Source: Octopus bimaculoides (Eukaryota). From it: 64,000 nucleotides of DNA. Made by a program: the position numbers and the translations under genes. The notes under the pieces were generated by a model. That model was not told where the DNA came from and searched no databases. It worked only from the letters and a program-made list of their open reading frames with translations. The stretch's first letter is position 1, and each line of letters starts with the position of its first letter. Shown here one piece after another: positions 41,336 to 55,841 of the stretch. The DNA lies in contig NC_068993.1 in assembly GCF_001194135.2 (NCBI RefSeq), forward strand, positions 35,166,281 through 35,230,280, written 5' to 3'.

Positions 41336-42746
41336 TACACATTTACACAGTGGCACACACACATATACAAACACGGATACATACGCGTACGCACATATAT
41401 ATGCACAACTTGTGGCCGTGCACGTAGTGCGTATATGCAAGTATTCAGGTAATATGAGGTCTTACGTTAAGTTAAATTCTATTCACTTGTCATTTGAATA
41501 CGTCATTTAATTTCCTGATTCCTTTCCTTTTATTATTGCTTGAATGCTTACTAACTTGTTTAATGCAGACAGTTTTATACACACACACAAACGCACACAT
41601 ATACTATTTTTATATCATGTTAAGAAAGAAATAATTATCGTGAAAATGTGCTGAAGCGTGGGAATTTTTTGCGTTAAACAATCACAAATAAACGAAGATA
41701 TTACTTCGGTTGATTTGAATATTCAATTAACACTTATCTTACATGCACCAGTACCTTAGAAAAATATACTAGCGTATAATCTTAGAACATTGGAGGATAT
41801 TTCCAAACGACCTGAGTTGTCATGTTCTCTTTCTGACTAGTGGTGTGTCAAATAATTTGAAATTCTATGTCTTTTAGGTGTGAACATTTCTAATGCATCA
41901 ATCAGTCTGGTTGATTGCCTCAATGATTTCGAAATTGCAAAAGTAGACATGCATAATTCATCGTTCCTTATATCCAAGAGTTTAAAGATCGACAAGTTCT
42001 TCTTTTTGAAATTATATTATGTAACATTTTAGTGTCTGAGTAAGTCCTTAAATTTTTGTCCTAAGGATACTGTGTCCATTGGCAAAAGATTTCCAGTTGA
42101 TACTCATTTTCTAGTGGAAACAGCATAGAAACATCTATGTAGTACTGTCTGCTAGCAACAATACATAAATCTACTTTAAAGCACAGTTTAATAAAGTGGT
42201 TTAGAATTTCTTGGCGGTGAACTGGCAAACAAATGAAACGCTGTTGGTACACAAAATAGTTAAAGCTGAAAGAACTATTGCCTCCCTTGTTTTATTTCTT
42301 AACCTTGTGTATAACAAAATTTTGAAAAGAAGGTCTTTTATACGAACACAAGATTTAGTAAGGATTTATCTTTTTTTTGTTTGTTTCAGTCATTGGACAC
42401 CGTTCTTTTGAATTTTAAATTATATTTTTCAATATTTTAAAATTTCATTAAAATTATATTTTAAATTATATTTTCAAAATATATATCGAAACAATGATAT
42501 AATTTATATTAAAAACATTTAAACCTTCATTCATATTTTATACACCAGTTGTGTCACCGTCATAATGATATCGGATAGAAAGCTATATTTGATAATGTTG
42601 TCCTAACTACCCCAAGCCTATTCGATTTAGTTTGGCCTGCGGGCAAGTATTCATAAAATCATTCAATCGGTCTAGTTATGAATAGATTAGCAGAGAGCAC
42701 ATATGTGGGACACAAATGCGCTGTATATATATATATTATTATTATT

Positions 42747-43343
42747 GAGTGAGAGAGCAGTGCATGCCATCAAAGTGACACTAGGGTAAATTATACGAAG
42801 CCCAGTATACCCATCATGACTACCCGTCTGATAAGGGTACACCAGGAACATGCATCACAAGCATATGTTCGCGACATATGGTTGTGATCTCATATCAAGA
42901 TAAACAGCACATGACCTCGCAGGTGGGGCCCAGTTAGAATTTTCTTCATGTTAAGTAGCCCATCCTGCTCAANNNNNNNNNNTCTTCATGTTAAGTAGCC
43001 CATCCTGCTCAAAAGGTCCCTGAATAAGGTTTGTTTAAGGATGTTGAGCAAATCACCCATGTTTCCAAAGTTGAATAATTCAAACCCTAAAGAATTCCTC
43101 TCAACATATGGCTATGATTCTCCCCCACTACTTCTGCTCATGTTCAGAGATGCATATATCATCAGTCACTAAGTGACATGCTCAACTGACTGGTTATGGT
43201 CAAGAAACTGACAAGCAAATCTATGGTATTGAGCAGAATATTTGCTGTAGCCCATCTTTTATACCAAGTAAAACATGTGCATGATAACACTTTCAGTTAA
43301 GATCAACAGCCATGAGAGCCACTGCTTAGCAGTGCATCAGGGC

Positions 43344-43345
<2 letters not shown>
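42747..43345 (-). mobile_element. Unclassified ~600-bp putative retroposon flanked on both sides by (AAT)n
   Basis: A more GC-balanced, non-coding block with sharp boundaries against ATT arrays at 42735-42746 and 43346-43413. Orientation is inferred from the AAT tail. It contains a 10-N gap with a 30-bp assembly overlap. Confidence 0.5.
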
Positions 43346-43413
<68 letters not shown>

Positions 43414-43415
43414 TT

Positions 43416-43610
43416 AAGGCGGTGAGCTGGTAGGATAATTAACAGCACGCCGGGCAAAATACTTAGCGGTATTTCGCCTGTCTTCACATTCTCAGTTCAA
43501 GTTCAGCTGAGGTCAACTTTGCCTTTCATTCTCTCGGGGTCGATAAATTAAATACCAGTGAAACACTGGAATCCGTGTAATTGATTAAACCTCTTCCCAA
43601 AATTTCAGGT
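43416..43610 (+). mobile_element. SINE family 1, flanked by (ATT)n on both sides
   Basis: aaggcggtgagctgg...gcacgccgggcaaaatacttagcggtatttcg...tcagttcaagttcagctgaggtcaactttgcctttcat...ggggtcgataaattaaataccag. Confidence 0.85.
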
Positions 43611-44923
43611 CATTATTATTATTATTATTATTATGCATATGTCCCTTCTTTTTCAGTGTATATCGTCTATACTTTCTGTCTTTCTTTTTTTAATCATTTC
43701 ATTGCATGTAAACCCCTACACTTTATGTCTATCTTTGTATTGTCCTCCTCATCCTTCGCCCTTGTGGCAAATAAACGAAATTATTATCATTATTATTATT
43801 ATTATCATGCTGCTCGGATTCATGCTTCTCCCCTCAAACTTCACACAGTATTAATCACAAATAAATGAATAATGACTAAAAATACAGATAAATATTGCTT
43901 CATTTACTGAGTGATTGAATTAGTAAGCACTCACTTAGTGTGTGTGTTAAACATAAGCGTTACGACTTGTGCAGCGAAAATCGTTTATGTTCGCAGTCAA
44001 TTTTATGCAGGAGTACATGAATAAGTCAAGCAATTCAGCATTATGATGTGACTTGAGAGAAATTTTGTGACGGCACCGGCATACTCCAACAGAGATGCCA
44101 AATGTTCTTATTTATATCAAACACATCCTATATTTGTTGAACAAGTCATTACTACATATGTGAGACTGTAGATAATCTACTGACAAAAATCTTTTAGAAT
44201 ATAAATCAATGGGTGACAGAATTTCCTTTTAATAAACTAAATCAATGACTTCTCGTTGTCATTCTATTTACATTACTGATTCACAAAAATATTCAATGTT
44301 TTAGCACTCAATAGATTTTCAATAGAATTTAGAAACATCACTGCAAGTAACTACGTTTCGCAAACGAATATCTTTATACAGACAATGCGATCAAAGAGGG
44401 AAAAATACGTAATTTATGTATATGCATATTTTAAGAATTATTGCTCATTCGTCAGCACCACATCGAACCCATCAACTTCCCACGAACACGTTGCTAAAAG
44501 TACCCGCTAGGTTTGAGCGGTGTAACACAACTGGTTAAACCAATTCACATATTAAATACATTCATAGCTACTGGTACGAACTTATTAATCGGTTTCTTCA
44601 TAGTATTTAGTTTTGCAGTCATAATATACTACCAACTATATAACAGGTTTACAAGTCTTGTAAACCTGCATATGACCGGTTTACAAGACTTACTTCGTAT
44701 TAACATTGAAATGTTCTTACCTTTAAATTTTATCCCCACAGATTTTCTAATAGATTTAATAATTTCAAATATACTGAATTTGATTAAGCGTATTTCTCAA
44801 AACCTAAAACTCTTCAGTCTGTTTACTTCCGATAAAGAATATACGATAATTACTTTATTGATGATCGTAATCGGTGTGCACGCATGCCCAACATTTTTAA
44901 CCTTTCAAATAGCGTAGAGAGCA

Positions 44924-45051
44924 CTACGTTGGACCGCTTATTCGCCTAATGACCGAACCTGGAGCTTAAGTATAGTCTATCCATAGCACTTACTCAGCAT
45001 TACCTGAAACCTCTGGGTCTGATTGACACCACGACACCACTATCACTCATA

Positions 45052-45053
<2 letters not shown>
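44924..45053 (-). repeat. Unclassified ~110-130-bp interspersed repeat, copy 1
   Basis: About 80% identical by eye to 59439-59544 in the opposite orientation. Both are preceded by (GA)n. Confidence 0.75.
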
Positions 45054-45083
<30 letters not shown>

Positions 45084-45153
45084 NNNNNNNNNNNNNNNNN
45101 NNNNNNNNNNNNNNNNNNNNNNNNNNNNNNNNNNNNNNNNNNNNNNNNNNNNN

Positions 45154-45193
<40 letters not shown>

Positions 45194-45275
45194 ACACACA
45201 CACACATATATATATACATACATGTATATATATACACTTATATTTATACATAAATATATATATAGACATACATGA

Positions 45276-45330
<55 letters not shown>

Positions 45331-45359
45331 TATACACACACACACATACACACACACAT

Positions 45360-45392
<33 letters not shown>

Positions 45393-46084
45393 GAAAGAGA
45401 GGGAAACAGAGAGACTGCCAGCATTCACCCAGTGTGTGTGTGTGTGTGTGTGTATGAAAAGCGTTCTCATGAAAGTACCCACCATCATCGCAGTCGTTAC
45501 ATCATCATCATCATCATCATCATCATCGTCATCAAGCTAGTACTGGTTCAAACACAATTTCAACGAAATTCATATATGTTCGGTCGATCAGTTGTACTGA
45601 ATAAATTCTGCTATCTTCCATCTCTCGATTCTTTTATTCCTCCCAGGAACTTAAAGGATTTTGTTACTAGAACAAATACTTTTAGCTGAAGGCCGATTAT
45701 ACTTTATCCTATCAAATATGTTACACATTTCAGTTTCATTTATACATTATTAACTATTTTTAAACCTGATATTTTATCCCTTCTTAATATCTAGTTTTTG
45801 CAAGTTGCGTATCAAATTATCTTCTTGTCTTCGTACTGAGAGTAAATTAATTTCCAGCGGCCAATTCGAAGCTGCAAATTATCATATTGCTATCCTTTAT
45901 AAACCTTTTATGAATAGCAATTTACAATTACTCGTTCTCATGTCCTTCTTAATCATCATGGTAATATTCTTTTTTAGCATTATGAACAACAACGATAATA
46001 ATAACAGCGGCAGAAGCAGCAGTAGTAAGCATTTCAAATACTGGCACAAGGACTGAACTTTTCGGGAAGAGGGGGCTATTCAAT

Positions 46085-46200
46085 AACAATGACTCCAGTG
46101 CTCAACTGGAACTTACTTTATCGACCTCGAATGGACAAAATACAAAGTCGAACTCGGCGGGATTTGAACCCAGAACGTAAAGCTTGAAAAAATGCCGCTA
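46085..46200 (-). mobile_element. SINE family 1, 5'-truncated
   Basis: ccagtgctcaactggaacttactttatcgacc...aaagtcgaactcggcgggatttgaacccagaacgtaa. Confidence 0.8.
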
Positions 46201-46233
46201 ATAATAATAATGATAATTATAATAATAATAATA

Positions 46234-46312
<79 letters not shown>

Positions 46313-46335
46313 TAATAATAATAATAATGATAATA

Positions 46336-46990
46336 AGTGACAATGAACCTCTTAATGCTAGAGATATAGGAATTTCATGTGGCGTTTTCCAGGGTGACTT
46401 TCTATCACCCCTTCATAACTCTCTCGAAATTGCTTGATGATGGACAATACGGTAACAAAATGTTTGATAAAAATATAAATCATCTCATTTACATGGATGA
46501 CTTAAATCTTTTTGCAAAAAATGATCAACAACTGCAGGGCTTACTAGCGATTGTTAAACAATTCAGTGATGACATCATGATGCAATTTGACCTCGATAAA
46601 TGAGCAAAAGCTACCTTTATCAGAATCAAAATGACAGAAACATCCAATGTTAATCTTGACCAGCAGAATGTCATAAAGGAGTAGGGGTATTTCAAGGTGT
46701 CGGAATCAAACATTCAGTGATGAGGGAAGGGATAAGAAGAGAATGTTATCGCAGAGGAAAGGCAATATTCAACACAGAGCTGAATGAAAGAAACAGGATC
46801 GAAGTGATCAATACTTTAGCTATTCCAGTCGTGACTTGCAGCTTCAATATCATTAATTGGTCAATTACTGAAGTATGTAATCTTAATAGAAAAATAAGAA
46901 AATTGTTGACAATGCATAAAATGCACCACACTAAGGCAGTTATAGAACGACTTTACCTGCCAAGAAAAGAGGGTGACAGAGGTACAACTT
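46336..46990 (+). mobile_element. R4/Dong-type LINE reverse transcriptase fragment
   Basis: GVFQGDFLSP; INHLIYMDDLNLFAKNDQQLQGLL (YMDD catalytic motif); RKIRKLLTMHKMHHTKAVIERLYLPRKEGDRG. It begins directly after a ~135-bp (TAA)n array. Confidence 0.9.
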
Positions 46991-49900
46991 GAACTGAACA
47001 ACAATGAGTTTTAAAAGGAATGAAATATTCAATGACGAGGAAAATGCTCAGCAACAGAGCAACAGAGGACATTAGTGGACGAAGTTAGTAGCAGAAGTTC
47101 AAAAGAGTGAGCATAATTTATTTAGTGGTGTCATAAGCAGAGGGAAATTATGTCAGTTATTTTAATAATACTTGTTATAAGAAGAATATTAGTGGTGATA
47201 GTAGTGCTAGTTAGCGTTGAGTATAAAACAATATTAATTGTGTAATCTTTGGGTTGCCGTATTACCGGTGTTTCTTCAGAGATAGCAAATTTGACCTATA
47301 CTGTTGATGAAATTCGGCAACATTCCAAAGCGACTGAGTTAGCAAAATCCAACGATTTATGCATCATCAGCTCGCTAGAATATTTTCAACAAAATTTAAG
47401 TCCCCTGAATTGTAAGCATACGTTTAAGAGACTCATTATTAAAGATTGTTAACCACGAAGGTAATACTTTCAGTGATATGCAAAAGGTAGTTATAAATCA
47501 CAAAATTATAAATCACAAAATTATAACAAATCTATTACCCAAGTTCCGCAATTCTTGATATGCTTACACACTGACAACAACAGACTAGGTGTGATTTGAT
47601 AATAATGTTTCCTATAAAAAAACATAAAACTGATAACCAGAAGAGTACAGTATACAATAGAAATTCTCCGTTGCAAAGTAAATAAAATAATTCGGTGACG
47701 TTATTTAACTCTTCTAGGCAACTTTGATTAAATGCAACGCTTTAACAATCTCATATGGAAGCTAAATGAATTTGCAAACTTAGATAACAAAACAAGAAAC
47801 GAATGACTGTAGTCCAAGCAACAACACTAAAACATGTTTATATTTTCAAGGAAACGAGTGAAGATGGTGAAGGCGGGGGTCTTTGAAAACTAAATGTTAT
47901 TTTTTAAAATTAAAATAACAACATAAATATGTCAAGTAAATAATAAAGGGGAACAAACACTAATACGAAGTATGGACCAAACAAAGTGAACTGTTTTCTG
48001 TTTTCAAGGAAACCAACATATGCATAACAGTGTGGAGCAACATAGTTGTGATGAGGGTGGAGAAACCATAGCAGAAACTATTAAAAGATTAAAATTAAGC
48101 TCAAAATCGGATTATGAAATGTCATGCAAGACTAAGCAAAACGGAAGTGGGTAAAGAAAAAAAGCCACTGCACTGACTACGAAGCACATGACACAAAGAC
48201 AAGATCGAAGGATTTTTCTTTGCAGTACATAAACCAAAAACTTCAGTTTAGAGACAAACAAAAACATACATACAAATAACCATGTGTGTTTGTGTGAGTG
48301 TGTGCGTATATGTACGTACGTATGTATCTATGTATGCATATGTATATACGCATAGGTAAGAAAGAGCTGGCAGTTCTGTGTACAGGAAAGAATACCAGCA
48401 TTATCAAAACCACGTAGAAAGGAAATGGGCCAAACCTACAGCAGAGAATGCTTTACATATACTTCGGGTCTTTCACATAAGAAGAGTAGGAAAAAAAATC
48501 ATCAGGATATTATTTGAAGAGACATTATTAAAAGTAATGCATTTCAGCTGATGTATAAATTCCGCCATCGACATATGTATAAATCTGGAACTAGCAATGT
48601 TGAAAAATATCAAGAAAAAAAATATCCCTATAAAAATAGGTATAAAGGGAATAATAGAAAAATGTAGACACCTTGAAAGTTCAAGCGTTAGAAATATACA
48701 CAATAGAAACGTAATGCTGCTGCAAATATATTGAGTTTTTCAAAACTTGCACATGCATACAGAGTGTAGAAATTAAGTTTCTTAGGTACTGTATTGCACA
48801 CTATGTAACATTGCATCGAAAATACTTACAAAAATAGAAGAAATTTTGCATGTACAAAAGCATATAGGACTGCGCATGGATGTGTACCGAAATAAAAGAC
48901 TAGTTAAAGAAAATATTGGTTTATAATAAAATTGAATGCCTCCTATTCGGTAGAGGCGTAATATTGATAAAATCAACTGCAATGTTGTTTAGAACCAAGC
49001 CAGCCTTGACTGGGTAGACTTATATAGTGTAGAGCTATGTGTTGTTTCTTTATTAAAGATAATCGGATGTGATTTGAGGGAAATGGTTCGAGTGATGATG
49101 TGGCCGTCCTCTGTTGGGTGAATGTAGCGGCTGGCGTTCAGCTGGATTCGAAACCAGAATGTGAAAAGAAGTAAAATATATATCAAAGCATTTCATCCGA
49201 TCATTACCGCCAATTACATGGTCCATATAATCATCATCCTCGTTATCAGTTGTGTCGCCAAAGAGATTCAGTAACATTGAATTCGTTGCCTCTGTTTACA
49301 ACCATCATCTTAATCGTTGTCACAATATTTTTATCGTCGTCAATATCATTAACATCCTCGTCAATATCATTAACATCCTCGTCAATATCATTATCATTTT
49401 CAATATTCAATAGCAGACTTTTCCTTACATGTAACACCTTATAACCCCTTCTGTCACAGTTTCCCATGAAAATTGTCAAAAATTATATTACACATGATTG
49501 GAGAATTTATGGATTGTTGGGTTTTATAAGAAAAAAACGAAAAAGGCAATAAAAAATATTACTTAGTTACTCGTCACAATTCTGTCATAAATTATAAGAT
49601 TGCTGCATATTTTATTCTTGTTTTATGATAAATTACCAGGCTAATTTATCTGGTAGCTCTTTCCTCAATAAATAAAAGATATCACAGTGATTCATTCTTA
49701 ACAGATTCTTTGTTGCTTCAATAACTTAAGGAACTGCAAACGAGTCTTGTGGCATTAGATTTGTTTCGTCAAGATTAAAGCATATAATTGCTATCATGGC
49801 ACATGTATTGCGTTCGGTTGCAACCATCCATCAACCGCGGTGTTACAACCCAAAGTTGAAGTGGAAACAGCGGCAATTAAAATTAAACGTTTCATGGCAT

Positions 49901-50657
49901 TTGGGGGAACATACAATTGAAACCTTTCAAATACGTTACGCCAGTCACCGTACCATTTTACTCAAAGTCAAGTGTAAAATTATTATTGGTTTTATTTGGT
50001 TTCGCTACAAAGAAGGTAGAAGAATTTAGACATTATAAACAACTGTGTATATGTATATCAATCATCATTATACGCAGTTTATACTAATAATAACAGTATG
50101 TATAAGTGTTATTATGTACGTACAAACTTAGAAAAGTGTTAGCCGTAATATTTTCTCTCAGAGCTATTTCTCTCAGGAGAGTCAAATTTCTGAGTATGTT
50201 CTCTGTTTACAACATTCAACATCTCTTTACTGAAGCTTATCAGAAACAAAATATCACATCTAGAGCTGTTCCCTGCATCTATATTATAGATGCTACACAC
50301 GTAGTTCTTTTAATCTAATGATCCTTCTTTCAAGTGCATATACACAAGTGTTAAATTTTAGCCTGGCCAATTTTCGTACAAAACCAGTGAGTGTCTTTTT
50401 TGTTTATTACTATGGCAGAACGATGAATTTCATTTCGTTGAAAATTTCCGGATCTATTCGTCGCTGAAGAGACAAAAGCATGTGGAAACAACATTTGATA
50501 ATCTACCAATGACATCTTGAGCCAACTGTTTTTAACAGAGTTTGTTAATAGAAGTTTTTTCTGATACAATATATTAATGGTATCATCGACCAAGGATTGT
50601 ATATTTAAACATTATATACACACGTATAATAAATTATGATATACATATAATATATAA

Positions 50658-50691
<34 letters not shown>

Positions 50692-50694
<3 letters not shown>

Positions 50695-50947
50695 TCTTTA
50701 CTCTTTTACTTGTTTCAGTCTTTTGACTGTGGCCATGCTGGAGCACCACCTTTAGTTGAACAAATCGACCCCAGGACTTATTCTATCGGTCTCTTTTGAA
50801 GAACCGCTAGGTTACGGAGACATAAACACACCAGCATCGGTTGTCAAGCGATGTTGGGGAACAAACACAGACACACAAACACATACACACATACATATAT
50901 ACATATATATATATATACATATATACGACGGGCTTCTTTCAGTTTCC
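50692..50947 (-). mobile_element. SINE family 2 (3' half and start of 5' half, cut by a gap)
   Basis: cttttacttgtttcagtcttttgactgtggccatgctggagcaccacc...catcggttgtcaagcg...cgacgggcttctttcagtttcc. Confidence 0.85.
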
Positions 50948-51678
50948 NNNNNNNNNNNNNNNNNNNNNNNNNNNNNNNNNNNNNNNNNNNNNNNNNNNNN
51001 NNNNNNNNNNNNNNNNNNNNNNNNNNNNNNNNNNNNNNNNNNNNNNNNNNNNNNNNNNNNNNNNNNNNNNNNNNNNNNNNNNNNNNNNNNNNNNNNNNNN
51101 NNNNNNNNNNNNNNNNNNNNNNNNNNNNNNNNNNNNNNNNNNNNNNNNNNNNNNNNNNNNNNNNNNNNNNNNNNNNNNNNNNNNNNNNNNNNNNNNNNNN
51201 NNNNNNNNNNNNNNNNNNNNNNNNNNNNNNNNNNNNNNNNNNNNNNNNNNNNNNNNNNNNNNNNNNNNNNNNNNNNNNNNNNNNNNNNNNNNNNNNNNNN
51301 NNNNNNNNNNNNNNNNNNNNNNNNNNNNNNNNNNNNNNNNNNNNNNNNNNNNNNNNNNNNNNNNNNNNNNNNNNNNNNNNNNNNNNNNNNNNNNNNNNNN
51401 NNNNNNNNNNNNNNNNNNNNNNNNNNNNNNNNNNNNNNNNNNNNNNNNNNNNNNNNNNNNNNNNNNNNNNNNNNNNNNNNNNNNNNNNNNNNNNNNNNNN
51501 NNNNNNNNNNNNNNNNNNNNNNNNNNNNNNNNNNNNNNNNNNNNNNNNNNNNNNNNNNNNNNNNNNNNNNNNNNNNNNNNNNNNNNNNNNNNNNNNNNNN
51601 NNNNNNNNNNNNNNNNNNNNNNNNNNNNNNNNNNNNNNNNNNNNNNNNNNNNNNNNNNNNNNNNNNNNNNNNNNNNNN

Positions 51679-51720
<42 letters not shown>

Positions 51721-52969
51721 TGTGTGTCTGTGAGTGCGTGTGCGCGCGTGAGCGCGTGTGTGTGTGTGTGCGTATGTATGCATGTATGCCTGCATGTATA
51801 TTACGTGTTTGTATACACACAGATACACACACACACATATATACACATATATATATATATACAGATGTGTATATTTCTACGCGTCTCTGTGTTTTTGTGT
51901 ATGAATGTGCATATGTTATATGTAACTCCTAATAAAACGCATTCTTCAGAAACACTCATTTATGACTATTTCCAGGCGCGCTTCTACATCTTTAATTCAA
52001 TACCATTTCCATCATTCATTTGCTTAAGTTATTTCTATAAATATAAAGATAATTTTTCAGAATATAATTTACAAATAAATATTATTTTGAAATGCGAACT
52101 GGGCATTGATATAAATATTAGAGAAATGAACTTCAGTAAAGTAAAAAAAAGAAGCAATCAGAAAGGTTATTATTAAAACAAGAAATAGAAATTCTAAAGA
52201 TGATATTTTCTTCGAACGTCTTAATACTTTTTTTTTTTTTCATTATAAGCCAATAATATATTAATTGCTGTTTGCTTCAGATATACGTTTCAAACGTTAG
52301 TTATGGAAGCCATTATTCATTTCATTTCAACATACGCACAGATACATGCATATGCACACATCGACAGACGTTCGTACGCATACATGCACACAGATTCATA
52401 CATACATACATGTATGTATATATATATATATATATNNNNNNNNNNNNNNNNNNNNNNNNNNNNNNNNNNNNNNNNNNNNNNNNNNNNNNNNNNNNNNNNN
52501 NNNNNNNNNNNNNNNNNNNNNNNNNNNNNNNNNNNNNNNNNNNNNNNNNNNNNNNNNNNNNNNNNNNNNNNNNNNNNNNNNNNNNNNNNNNNNNNNNNNN
52601 NNNNNNNNNNNNNNNNNNNNNNNNNNNNNNNNNNNNNNNNNNNNNNNNNNNNNNNNNNNNNNNNNNNNNNNNNNNNNNNNNNNNNNNNNNNNNNNNNNNN
52701 NNNNNNNNNNNNNNNNNNNNNNNNNNNNNNNNNNNNNNNNNNNNNNNNNNNNNNNNNNNNNNNNNNNNNNNNNNNNNNNNNNNNNNNNNNNNNNNNNNNN
52801 NNNNNNNNNNNNNNNNNNNNNNNNNNNNNNNNNNNNNNNNNNNNNNNNNNNNNNNNNNATATATATATATATAACATATATTGATATATATGTCTAACAT
52901 ATATATTTATATACTATATCTAACACATATACACACATACACATATATATATAGTTATAGATATATACA

Positions 52970-53014
<45 letters not shown>

Positions 53015-53159
53015 GTATATATATACAATCACGATGCCGACTGTGCGTGTATGTGGAGTACATAGTAACATAATTTCATGCATGTATATTATTTATGTTA
53101 TGTTTATTAGAACGAATAGGTTTGTTTTAGATTGACAAGACCTCGAAAGCAGCTGTATT

Positions 53160-53900
53160 AAATTAGCAGTACTTACCAGTGTGTCTATTCAACCGATTAC
53201 ATCTATGTATTTTCAGCTGCTCGAACAGTAGCAATCTATGAGAACGTCGGAACTTCTCTGAAGCCAGGCTGCAATCCTGGCTGTTTAATATAGCTGAATG
53301 TCTGTCCAAACACGAGATAAAGCAGAATGTTTCTCACAAAACCTACTCCACATTTTCACACTCTGCTGAGGTATCTACAAACATGGTTGTACCTGTGTTT
53401 GCGTGAGTATGAACAGCTTCACGCGACGAACCCTCCTCACAGAGTGTCATAAGAAGAGACTGACTTTTTGACTAATAAAACGTGTACCTTGTACAAGAGA
53501 GAAATCTATAGACGCTCCAACTTATAATGATAATACTGGAGCGAGGAATAACGATCAGGTGACATTTAATAATGGGGGTAATGCAAGTATTCACCAGCTA
53601 TGATCAATTTTTCAGCTAAGGTTTTTCTCAGTTAAAGGCCATTTGTCAATGAAACAGAGCATCTTCCATGTAACTTCATCTCAATTCTTATCCGCACAGA
53701 ATTCCGATATGAACCAGACCACAAGCGTTTGAACGTAATTGTCGATCGGGTAGTCTTTGACTCTGTTCAGTATGGACTGTCGTTTGTAGATTCTCGAGCT
53801 GCCAGTTGCTTGTTAATATGGATTTTTTAATGTTACTACCTCAATTTTCGTCGATTTCCACCCCATGAAAGCGACGTTATTCGCGTCTTCAGACATGGTC
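53160..53900 (-). mobile_element. RTE (BovB-like) LINE, heavily decayed RT fragment
   Basis: VHTEQSQRLPDRQLRSNACGL resembles AHTEQDLQRLVDRFSNAC..GL; SGVRD resembles GVRQG; RLLLFEQLK resembles KQLLFGEL. Many stops and frameshifts. Confidence 0.5.
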
Positions 53901-54854
53901 GTCTCGAACTCCACTTTGAGCAGTACAGCCTCTTGCTCTCAAGCTTCCATAACAATCACTTATGAACGAAATCATATTAGAATGTGAATAGGGATCGCTC
54001 TTGAGGGGAAGAAATGTTTCTGTTAGTTGATCGAAATACTGCAGGACTGAGCAATTATAAATACAATACTAACAAAATACCATTAACTTTTCTCGTGCAA
54101 CTTAGCTGAAGCATTTAACCGTTCAGTTGTATTATGTACCGGAAATTGTCAAAGATGTCCCATTCTTCATTACCTTCGTTATTAGTTCTACCACTCCATA
54201 TCTCATAAAGCGGTAAATGTTCCCAGTCTCTATAAGTTTCCAGTCTGTTATTTGCTAGAGATGTCTGGCAGGACATGGGGAACGTATCTTTTATATCTCG
54301 ATAGAACTTGTAATAAAAATCATCCAAACAAGATGATATTTCCCTCGTACACCCACTACTTACTGTATTTCAATTAGTGCTAACGGATTTACACAACATT
54401 TTTCCTGAGTGTTGAGGTACAGATACCCAGAAAATTTATCATTTTCATCCAGTACTTTCCCTCATTAAGATGGAAAAAGCGCTACTGGAAAACAGAGACA
54501 CCTGCTTGGAGTTAAATAATATGTACCTGTCACGTCCTATCAAAGACCTAATTGCATAAAGACTTAATTGTTTTCTTACAGTGTGTTCCTCTTCTCCCAT
54601 AGCCTATAACACGCTTATCACGCCCTTGTGTCTAAGAGCGTGACCTCAGCTTCGATTACTTTGTACTTCAGTTTAAGGAAATGACCAAGTACCAGTTTCA
54701 CCGATCGAAGATCCGTTGTCATAACAATAAAGGTTATGAGGTTGAAGGTGTAACGTTGCTACTATACTTCACTAATGTTTCCGACGGATAATTGGAGCTA
54801 CTTATGAACAGGAATTACAAAACCGTCATAAAATATGTAACGTAGGACAAGAAA

Positions 54855-54907
<53 letters not shown>

Positions 54908-54917
54908 NNNNNNNNNN

Positions 54918-54958
<41 letters not shown>

Positions 54959-55178
54959 TGTGTGCATGCTGGTACATATATGTGTATGTATATATGTATA
55001 TATGTGTATATATATGTATATATAAGTATATATACGTATATACATATAAATATATGTATGCATATGTGTACATCTATATGCATATACATGTGTGTTTAGC
55101 GATTTGTTTTTCTATGTATGTATGTATGTATCTATCTATCTATATATATATGTACATATATATATGTGAATATATAAA

Positions 55179-55218
<40 letters not shown>

Positions 55219-55769
55219 AGTATATATATGCATATAAAGGATAAGCATATACAAGTATATGCATATATATAATTATATGTATAGATGTTTGTGTGTGTGT
55301 GTGTGTGTGTGCATAAATGAGGAATCTACGTACATTGCAATAAAACAAGAAAAATTAAGATTTCTGTTTTCAAGGAAAGCATTTTTTTAAAAATATAAGA
55401 AAACAATAAAATAGGACAGTTGTAAAGAAGATGTAAAACAACAAAAACTATTTAAAAAAAAAACTAGATTGTAAGGGGGATTATGCGATATAATATGTCC
55501 TTGAAATTGATTAGAAAGAAAAGTCTCCGCACGGAGTACAATCGAACATTAATGAAATGTGGAAGGAACAGAAAAAAATGATTGAACTTTAGGCTTAGCA
55601 GAGCAGAGGAATAAATCTAAAATTGAAAATGTTATGACATCCACACTACTTCGAAAATGCATAAAGATACTGCAAATTTGTAGCATTAGCATAAGCACAT
55701 ATGCAGAGGTTCTGTTGTGACATAGTTTATTTAAGTCTAGTTCAGTAGTAGCAAAGACTGGGCTGTGTA

Positions 55770-55841
<72 letters not shown>

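Noticed and set aside
42943-43012. 30-bp direct repeat around a 10-N gap
   Set aside because: Typical unmerged contig overlap, i.e. an assembly artefact.
44513-44917. 134-aa hydrophobic ORF
   Set aside because: It starts at a non-ATG codon, hydrophobicity is expected from AT-rich sequence, and there is no known motif. The opposite strand is vaguely LINE-ORF1-like.
47280-47411. Possible 132-nt symmetric (phase 1-1) exon with ttcttcag acceptor and gtaagc donor
   Set aside because: The peptide (EIANLTYTVDEIRQHSK...) is unrecognised and no partner exons were found. Such candidates arise by chance in 64 kb; RNA-seq would be needed.
49053-49479. Acidic minus-strand ORFs (MGNC..., DNDIDEDVNDID)
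   Set aside because: The acidity comes from a 21-bp tandem repeat and GAT/GAC-rich low complexity. The two frames are not joined and show no domain.
54115-54370. Protein-like minus-strand frame (DDFYYKFYRDIK...HLPLYEIWSGR)
   Set aside because: Short, with no ATG or convincing splice sites and no motif I can name. A BLASTX would be needed to revive it.
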